DNA of 63,896 nucleotides, counting the filler, from Octopus bimaculoides (Eukaryota), in the NCBI RefSeq assembly GCF_001194135.2. It is 7 parts of 6 records of this genome, joined end to end, with 100 filler letters (N's around TTAATTAATTAA, not from the genome) between each part and the next. Parts side by side here need not be neighbours in the genome. Positions count along the whole stretch, not along the records: positions 47,871 to 60,286 come from NC_068988.1; positions 60,387 to 62,724 come from NC_068998.1; positions 62,825 to 63,896 come from NW_026426681.1; 4 more parts are not named here. The stretch is one strand, 5' to 3'. The notes beneath the pieces were generated by a model, which was given only the letters and a program-made list of their open reading frames with translations, did not search any database and was not told where the DNA came from. How positions within the stretch are numbered: position 1 is the stretch's first letter; every line of letters starts with the position of its first letter. Positions 56,563 through 63,896 of this stretch are shown here, in pieces. The position numbers and the translations under genes are program-made.

Positions 56563-56816
56563 TTTACCTCCCTTCCCCATTCGATGCTTCACAACGTGAA
56601 ATTCGCCATTTTGTTGCCATCATAACGGCGCTGTTGTTTTCTCGTAAAAACAAAGCGATGATTTGGTAGGTGTTGCTTTTTGCTAGCTTTATCTGTTCTG
56701 CTAGCTAATAAAGAGAACATAATCTTTGAACACTCGCCCTGCCCTCACATGTAACTTTTGTTTTTGTTTTAGAATTTTTCGTGTTTGCTTTTCGTACAGT
56801 CTCTCTTTCTCTTTCA

Positions 56817-56867
<51 letters not shown>

Positions 56868-57060
56868 TCTCTCTCTCGTTTTTCCTTTTGCTTGCTCTGT
56901 TGCCTAAACATAATAATATCCGAGTGATATATTCCAAAACTTTCGTAGACATCGAAAAAATTGCGTCCTACCACCAAAGCAAAACGCCATTTTTTTCTGC
57001 CTCACAGCGTCAAACGCAGCAATTATTTACGTTTTAAAAATCAGAGACGCGGGTGAGTAT
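56563..57060. promoter_or_regulatory. Candidate (bidirectional) promoter region with alternative first exons
   Basis: CGCCATTTT at 56604 and 56985; + strand donors gtaggt (56666) and gtgagt (57053); minus-strand donor AG|GTAAA at 56567; (CT)n tract between; CpG-rich. Confidence 0.45.
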
Positions 57061-59492
57061 TAGTGTAGTGCTGAAAGGCGTATAGGGAAAGGGAAGTGTG
57101 TAGTGTGCTTCCCTATACAGTAGTGTGATGGGCCGCGGTATGGCGCAGAGTACATTTTTGTAGCATAAAATGTTATGTTGTATAAAGTGTTGTCTTAAAT
57201 ATTGTAGAGTTGTATATAGCCGTGTAGAATGGTATGGAACAGCGTAGGTGATGGTTAATTGGGATGTAGAATATAATGGAGTGATGTTGTCCAGTGGGGT
57301 TTTGTGTGGTATTAGATGGTCTAACGACGGGTAGAGTTTACTATGAAGTGAGGGCACTCATCACAGGCTGATGAGAACTTGCTACTGGTAACATATAAAC
57401 CAGTACTACCTGTCCTATAGTCGAGCGGTCGGCGACGGAACCTGGTCCTCTATTTGAACACCCAAAAAGACTAAAACCATGACATTACTGTATATTTCGA
57501 GTAAAATACCTCGTAACGTACCTTGAAGAGGTCTTATGTCGTTATTTGGTTGGCTACTGCATGTTATCCTACACTGGAATATGTTCGATGGCTGGATACA
57601 CAGGTGGAACTCCTCTTTGCATTAAATTAATACAAGAATAATATAACATAAAGAAGACGAAGGATATGAGGCTTTACTACAAGATCACAACATTTCAGAA
57701 ATATCCAACGGGAATTAATCGTATTACACCGTATGAAGCACCCATAATCTGTCGTTGATGAAAAATGTGCAACTATATGGTAATTATAAAAAATAATCTA
57801 CTATAATGGTATATGAATACAATAAACTCAACTCAGCGGCATAAAGCAGGTGTGAAATGCAGAAATAGATGTTGCGATCTACTATTAAAGCCTGATAACT
57901 TGCATCGTCAATGTAACTTCGCCTCCTTTCTTTCCGACGAAGAGATATGCTCGAAATGTCAAGAACGCTCACTTTTTATTGATGCATTCCTTGTGCACGT
58001 CTTCTTTTTGTTTCTAATTGCTAATTTTAATGTTCGTTTATTTGATTTGACTATGTATGTATGTATGTATGTATGTATGTAGGTGCAGATATATATGTGT
58101 ACATATATATATAATTATGTGTATTTCTTCTATCTTAATGAATAAAAATTCTTCTGATAGAATAAATGGGTTAATAGAAACCAATGTAGCAAAGAACAGA
58201 AAATAACTGTGGTTTAGTTTCTGTTTTTAAGGCAGGAACTCCTTGAAATTTTGGTTATTTGAGTATATTTAAGAATTTAAGGATTGCGTTTTCTCCAATC
58301 CTTAACTTCTTATATATATATATATATATATGCACACACATACGTGTGGGGGCGCACATGTTTTGTATCGCTGAGTGTATAGATACATAGATTAACATAC
58401 ACTGGTTATTATTTAATAACCGNNNNNNNNNNNNNNNNNNNNNNNNNNNNNNNNNNNNNNNNNNNNNNNNNNNNNNNNNNNNNNNNNNNNNNNNNNNNNN
58501 NNNNNNNNNNNNNNNNNNNNNNNNNNNNNNNNNNNNNNNNNNNNNNNNNNNNNNNNNNNNNNNNNNNNNNNNNNNNNNNNNNNNNNNNNNNNNNNNNNNN
58601 NNNNNNNNNNNNNNNNNNNNNNNNNNNNNNNNNNNNNNNNNNNNNNNNNNNNNNNNNNNNNNNNNNNNNNNNNNNNNNNNNNNNNNNNNNNNNNNNNNNN
58701 NNNNNNNNNNNNNNNNNNNNNNNNNNNNNNNNNNNNNNNNNNNNNNNNNNNNNNNNNNNNNNNNNNNNNNNNNNNNNNNNNNNNNNNNNNNNNNNNNNNN
58801 NNNNNNNNNNNNNNNNNNNNNNNNNNNNNNNNNNNNNNNNNNNNNNNNNNNNNNNNNNNNNNNNNNNNNNNNNNNNNNNNNNNNNNNNNNNNNNNNNNNN
58901 NNNNNNNNNNNNNNNNNNNNNNNNNNNNNNNNNNNNNNNNNNNNNNNNNNNNNNNNNNNNNNNNNNNNNNNNNNNNNNNNNNNNNNNNNNNNNNNNNNNN
59001 NNNNNNNNNNNNNNNNNNNNNNNNNNNNNNNNNNNNNNNNNNNNNNNNNNNNNNNNNNNNNNNNNNNNNNNNNNNNNNNNNNNNNNNNNNNNNNNNNNNN
59101 NNNNNNNNNNNNNNNNNNNNNNNNNNNNNNNNNNNNNNNNNNNNNNNNNNNNNNNNNNNNNNNNNNNNNNNNNNNNNNNNNNNNNNNNNNNNNNNNNNNN
59201 TATATATATATACACTATCATATACAAGTATATATGTACCCTCATAAATACCCATATTTACCCATATATGTGTATGTATTTATATATGTATATTCATACA
59301 TATGTCTGTATGTGTCAATCTGTGTGTGTGTGTGTGTGTCAATGTGTGTATGTGTGTGTGTGTGTGTGTGTGTAAATATATATGTATATATACGAACGGA
59401 CATACAATTATGATTGGCGAGGATAATCACTGTGCATGAATGAAGAAGAAGGTAAAGAAGGAAAATGCAGAAAAGAATATGAAAGAGAGATA

Positions 59493-59546
<54 letters not shown>

Positions 59547-59738
59547 AAGAGACAAACAGACAGACAGACCAACATACAGAGCAGGAAGGGGAATGTCTAA
59601 ATAGGGTGAAAAGAACGACAAAGAGAAGAATCCGTAATAATAAGAAACGTCTTCTTAAGTTCAGAAATAAAAATCTTCAATGTATTAATAGTTCTCTTTC
59701 TGAAAAGTAATGCTTCTTATTTTCAATTTATCATTTAG

Positions 59739-59790
59739 TATTGTTGCAAAGGAGTTGTCAATCTTCTCTTCGTTCGTAAACTTACGAGCT
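59739..59790 (+). other. Candidate 52-nt 5' UTR exon
   Basis: Acceptor ttcttattttcaatttatcatttag and donor gtaagt at 59791. No ATG. Confidence 0.4.
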
Positions 59791-59804
59791 GTAAGTAATG
59801 GCAT

Positions 59805-59986
59805 GATTGTCACTTCCGCGTTCTATCTTCAAGTTTTACAACGTGTACGAACGTCTTCTTGTGAAACGTTATTTCATTTCTGCCCTCCCACCCGCGCGCC
59901 AGCCCGTCCCTTCCACCATTTTGCTTTTCAAAATCTGTGGACTGTGCAAATATTTTTAATGGATCTCGCCCGTTGAGCGTGTAAGC
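59805..59986 (+). promoter_or_regulatory. Candidate promoter / alternative first exon
   Basis: ETS-type CACTTCCG at 59811, GC-rich cccacccgcgcgccagcccg, YY1-like CACCATTTTG at 59914, donor gtaagc at 59981. Confidence 0.4.
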
Positions 59987-60145
59987 CTATTACTTGTTAT
60001 CAGAAGAACTTTCCAATAATTGGAATGCCCTGTAGTTTTTGGTTCGGATTGTACACACGCATCGCACACGTACACAACACGTATACACGCACAAATACAC
60101 ACACACATATAAATATATGCATATATCTATCTATCTATCTATATG

Positions 60146-60199
<54 letters not shown>

Positions 60200-60394
60200 T
60201 GTGTGTGTATGTGTGTGTGTGTGTGTATGGATATATATATACATATATATATACGCACATGTATATGTATGTATATATATATATATNNNNNNNNNNNNNN
60301 NNNNNNNNNNNNNNNNNNNNNNNNNNNNNNTTAATTAATTAANNNNNNNNNNNNNNNNNNNNNNNNNNNNNNNNNNNNNNNNNNNNATATATAT

Positions 60395-60485
60395 ACTCTG
60401 TGGAGTGCTCAGCCACTTGCAAATTAACTTTACAAGCAAGCTGTTCCATTGATCAGATCAACTGGAACCTTCATTGTCATAATCA
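60395..60485 (+). mobile_element. SINE D-family tail, CpG-decayed
   Basis: tggagtgctcagccacttgcaaattaactttacaagcaagctgttccattgatcagatcaactggaacc versus consensus-like ...gcacgttaatttcacgagcaggctgttccgttgatcggatc. Confidence 0.75.
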
Positions 60486-60498
60486 ATGGAGCACCATA

Positions 60499-61872
60499 TA
60501 CCGGGGTTGGACAAAATAATGGAAACACCTTAAAATATCATACAAATCTATTTTAATATGGGGTAGGACAGCCTTTGGCATTAATTACAGCTTGAATTCT
60601 ATGAGGTATGGACTCATACAAAGTTTGAATTGTTTCCAAAGGAATTTTTGTCCATTCTTCAGTTAAAACACTCTCCAGTTCTTGTAGTGATGATGGTGGA
60701 GGATAGTGACTCCTTACTTGTTTTTCTAAAATTCACCATAAATGTTCAACAATATTGAGATCTGGGGACTGTGGTGGATAGATAAGACGTTCAACTTCAC
60801 TAGAAGTGCCATTCTGTAACAACTTTAGCTGTGTGAATTGGTGCATTATCATCCTGAAAGATTGCGTTTCCCTCCAGAAACAGTTCTGCAATCAGATAAA
60901 ATGCTTAAATAGTCTTGACTATTAATTCTGCCAGGAAGGGAAACCATTGGGCCAGCAGATTTCCAAGATATAGCCCCACCCCCACCCCACCTCCATGTTT
61001 AACAGTCGGAAGACGGCAGTCTGGGTCAAATGCTTCTTTTGGCTGTCTCCACACATATACTCGGCCAGTGGTCGGAAATGAAGTAAAGGATGACTCGTCT
61101 GAGAAAATAACATTCTTCCACTGCTCTAGGGACCAATTCTGTAGGTTTTTACTCCATTCCAAACGCTTTGCAACATTTGTTTTTGAAAGTAGTGGTTTTC
61201 TGATTGAAGCCCTCCTGTGAAATCTGGCTTTGTGAAACTCTTAGTAAGCAGTTTTTGTGGAAAGTGGGTTCTCGAGGTGGTCATTAAGCTCTGCAGTAAT
61301 TCTAGGAGCTGTACTTTTGTGATCCTTTCTAACAATTTGTCTAAGAGTACGACAGTCCCTATCTTCCAGAGTTTTGTTTCGACGAGGAAGTTTATCGATC
61401 TTTCTCAAAAGCTGTCATTACTTTTGAGACAGTACTTCTTGATACACCAAACATTTCAGCTGTTTTCATTATGCTAGCGCCGGCCATACAAGCACCAACA
61501 ATTTGACCTCTTTGAAAATCCAATAGATCTGTCATTTTAATGAATTTTAATTACCTTTTTCTGATGATATCTGAAAAGAAACAGCAATTTTAGCAAAACA
61601 TATTAAGCAACACTAATAATAAATAAAAAAAAACATAAAAATAAAGAAGCTTTTGATGGTTTTATAGATATTTCAAAATTATGATGCTATGATGCTGTTT
61701 CCATTAGGAGATTCATAGTTGAAGTGAATGGCGATTTTATTGAATAAATTTACTCTTTAGTGTTTCAAAATATTTTTATGTAATTTTGGTAAATATATCT
61801 GTTAAAATGAGATGTCAATGTTATTTTCATTTTTGCATAATTTAGACAAGAGTTTATTCACCACACCCTGTA
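60499..61872 (-). mobile_element. Tc1-family DNA transposon; transposase pseudogene ~60553-61535 with several frameshifts and stops
   Basis: MTDLLDFQRGQIVGACMAGASIMKTAEMFGVSRSTVS (HTH), WKNVIFSDESSF..GRVYVWR..TVKHGGG, QDDNAPIH and WPPQSPDLNIVEHLW-like, ending ..RIQAVINAKGCPTPY*. Left end TA|TACCGGGGTTGGACAAAA; the right TIR match is only partial. Confidence 0.88.
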
Positions 61873-61984
61873 TATATATCAAAATAGTTCTTCAACTGAA
61901 AAGGTCTGATATAGCAATCATAGGGTTGGAAGTACACATCATATCCATGCTTATAATAATGATTTCAAATTTTGGCACAGAGCC

Positions 61985-62152
61985 AGTAGTGTTTGAAGGG
62001 AGGGGAAGTTGACAGGGACCTACTTTATTGACTCGAAAAGGATGACAGGCAAAGTTGACTTTGGTAGAATTTGAAATCAGAATCTAAAGACAAACAAAAT
62101 GCTATCAAGCATTTTGCTGGCATGCTAATGGTTCTGCTTGTTTGCCACCTTA
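61985..62152 (-). mobile_element. SINE family C, CpG-decayed copy
   Basis: gttgactttggtagaatt versus gtcgacctcggcggaatt; tttgccacctta versus ctcgccgcctta. Confidence 0.7.
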
Positions 62153-62329
62153 TCCATCTATATAATAATACTCAATGTTGGTTTCACACAAAGGAAGATA
62201 ATTAATTGGAATTCTCTCCCTTGGCTTCTATAAATAATCTAAAATGTTACTTGTTATATGACAGCTAACATTAGTTTTAATATTGTGGCTGATGTCAGAT
62301 AATGTTACATAAATACATAAGCATGATAA

Positions 62330-62640
62330 TCTATATATATAAAAATGAGAATGTGTGTCTGTCTGTCTGTCTGTCTGTGTGAATCCCTAAAACTCGAGAA
62401 CTACGCAACCAATTTCATTCAAATTTTACACATGCCTTACTTAGGGTTCCAGTTGTGTTTTAGTCAAAAAAAAATTTTTAACTTCTTCCAGAGTTCGAGC
62501 TCACGGCAACATAATATCTCCTCCACTATTTAAGTATTACGTGTCAAAGGTGAAACAAAAACACTCCTGTCAAATACTTTCACTTTAAAAATGAAACTAT
62601 TCTACTAAATGAAACAATCACATTTCGATACTGTAATGAC
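62330..62640 (+). mobile_element. Non-autonomous Helitron-like 5' end
   Basis: A|TCTATATATATAAAAATGAGAATGTGTGTCTGTCTGTCTG...AACTACGCAACCAATTTCATTCAAATTT: TC start after A, (TGTC)n and the downstream motif recalled from invertebrate non-autonomous Helitrons. Confidence 0.6.
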
Positions 62641-62824
62641 AGATACTTTCAGAGAGAGAGAGAGAAAGGGAGAAAGAGAGAGATGTATATGTATACATAT
62701 AGATGTATATGTACACGTTATTCCNNNNNNNNNNNNNNNNNNNNNNNNNNNNNNNNNNNNNNNNNNNNTTAATTAATTAANNNNNNNNNNNNNNNNNNNN
62801 NNNNNNNNNNNNNNNNNNNNNNNN

Positions 62825-63400
62825 GAAGGCTAACTGGGAAGATAGTTTTTGTGTGTGGCAAATGTTCAGGAGCAATAACACTGAAAATGCACACAAAACA
62901 GCTTCCGTTACCTAGGTGACCAAGTCAGTAGCGGGGGTGGTTGCTCTGAGATCGTAGCTGCTAGAATAAGAATAGCCTGGTAAGTTGAGGGGCTGCAGCA
63001 GACTCCAGTCTGATTTGGCATGGTTTCTATGGTTGGATGCCTTTCCTAACACCAGCCACTCTGAGAATGTAATGGGGGGTTTTACGTGCCACCAGCATGG
63101 GTGCCAGTTGCGTGACACCACTATCTGCCATGACTATGATTTCACTTGGCTTGATGGGTCTTCTTCTCAAGCACAGTATATTGCCAAAAGTCTTGGTCAT
63201 TTGTCATTGCCTCCATGAGGTCCAGTGCTCAGAAGGTGCTTTTTACGTGCCAGTTACGTGACACCAACAATGGTCAGAACTATGATTTCAATTGGCTTGA
63301 TGGCTCTTCTCAAGCATGGCATATTGCCAAAGGTCTCAGTCACTATTCATTGCCTCGGTGAGGCCCAACGTTCTAAGATCATGTTTCACCACCTAGTCCA
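62825..63400. mobile_element. Rearranged RTE pieces: + strand RT fragment (62825-62982) joined to minus-strand ORF end and 3' UTR (62983-63400, partly duplicated)
   Basis: The left part aligns to 4890-5045. The right part in reverse encodes VVKHDLRTLGLTEAM..DLWQYAMLEKSHQAN* and matches 5470-6050. Confidence 0.7.
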
Positions 63401-63857
63401 TTGGGTAAATCCCAACTGTTTCCTCTTGAAGCACATCTGCTTATTTCATTATTACAACCAATATGTATTCATTATTATTGTTGTATGTAAATCAAAATAC
63501 ACATTAAAATTGGGGATTATGGAAATATTATTTGCAGAGTTGTTGAATAAACAAAACAGGAAAACGAAAATTTTGGGGAATTATTTATTCTCCATTACAC
63601 GTGTTTCATTTTCTAATGGGGATCACAGTGATTTACATGTTATATAGACATGTACAGAATTTCCTATTAGAGAAATCATATAACAGAAAAGTTTATAATA
63701 ATTATGAAGTATAACAAAATTTTCTGCCTGACAATTTCTCTAAAAGGAAATTCCTTACATGTCAATATAATATATAAATCTTTGTGATTCCCATTAGAAA
63801 ACAAAACATGTGTAACAGAGAATAAATAATACCAAAAAATTTCCATTTTTCAGTTTT

Positions 63858-63896
<39 letters not shown>

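Overview
Eukaryotic, AT-rich, gap-ridden draft-assembly DNA dominated by microsatellites, tRNA-derived SINEs and decayed transposons. Repeat content and composition point to an octopus (coleoid cephalopod) genome; this is an inference, not a database result. I found no intact recognisable protein-coding gene, rRNA, true tRNA or CRISPR array, and nearly all ORFs in the supplied track are microsatellite or N-gap artefacts. Recognisable protein remnants are all transposon-derived: two RTE LINE types, Penelope-like elements, R4/Dong-like REL-endonuclease LINEs, CR1, a Helitron helicase fragment and a Tc1 transposase pseudogene. The most informative non-repeat signals are: (i) a CpG-decay pattern in matched SINE copies marking ~27-60 kb as historically unmethylated between CpG-depleted flanks, although both edges coincide with artificial scaffold joins; (ii) three + strand candidate first-exon modules (YY1-type motif followed 62-68 nt later by a splice donor) at 56.6, 57.0 and 59.9 kb; (iii) a chain of candidate, mostly non-coding, minus-strand exons running left from the same promoter region; (iv) REL LINEs sitting in specific microsatellites. 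None of these is a demonstrated novel system; the exon and promoter calls are motif-based hypotheses that need RNA data.
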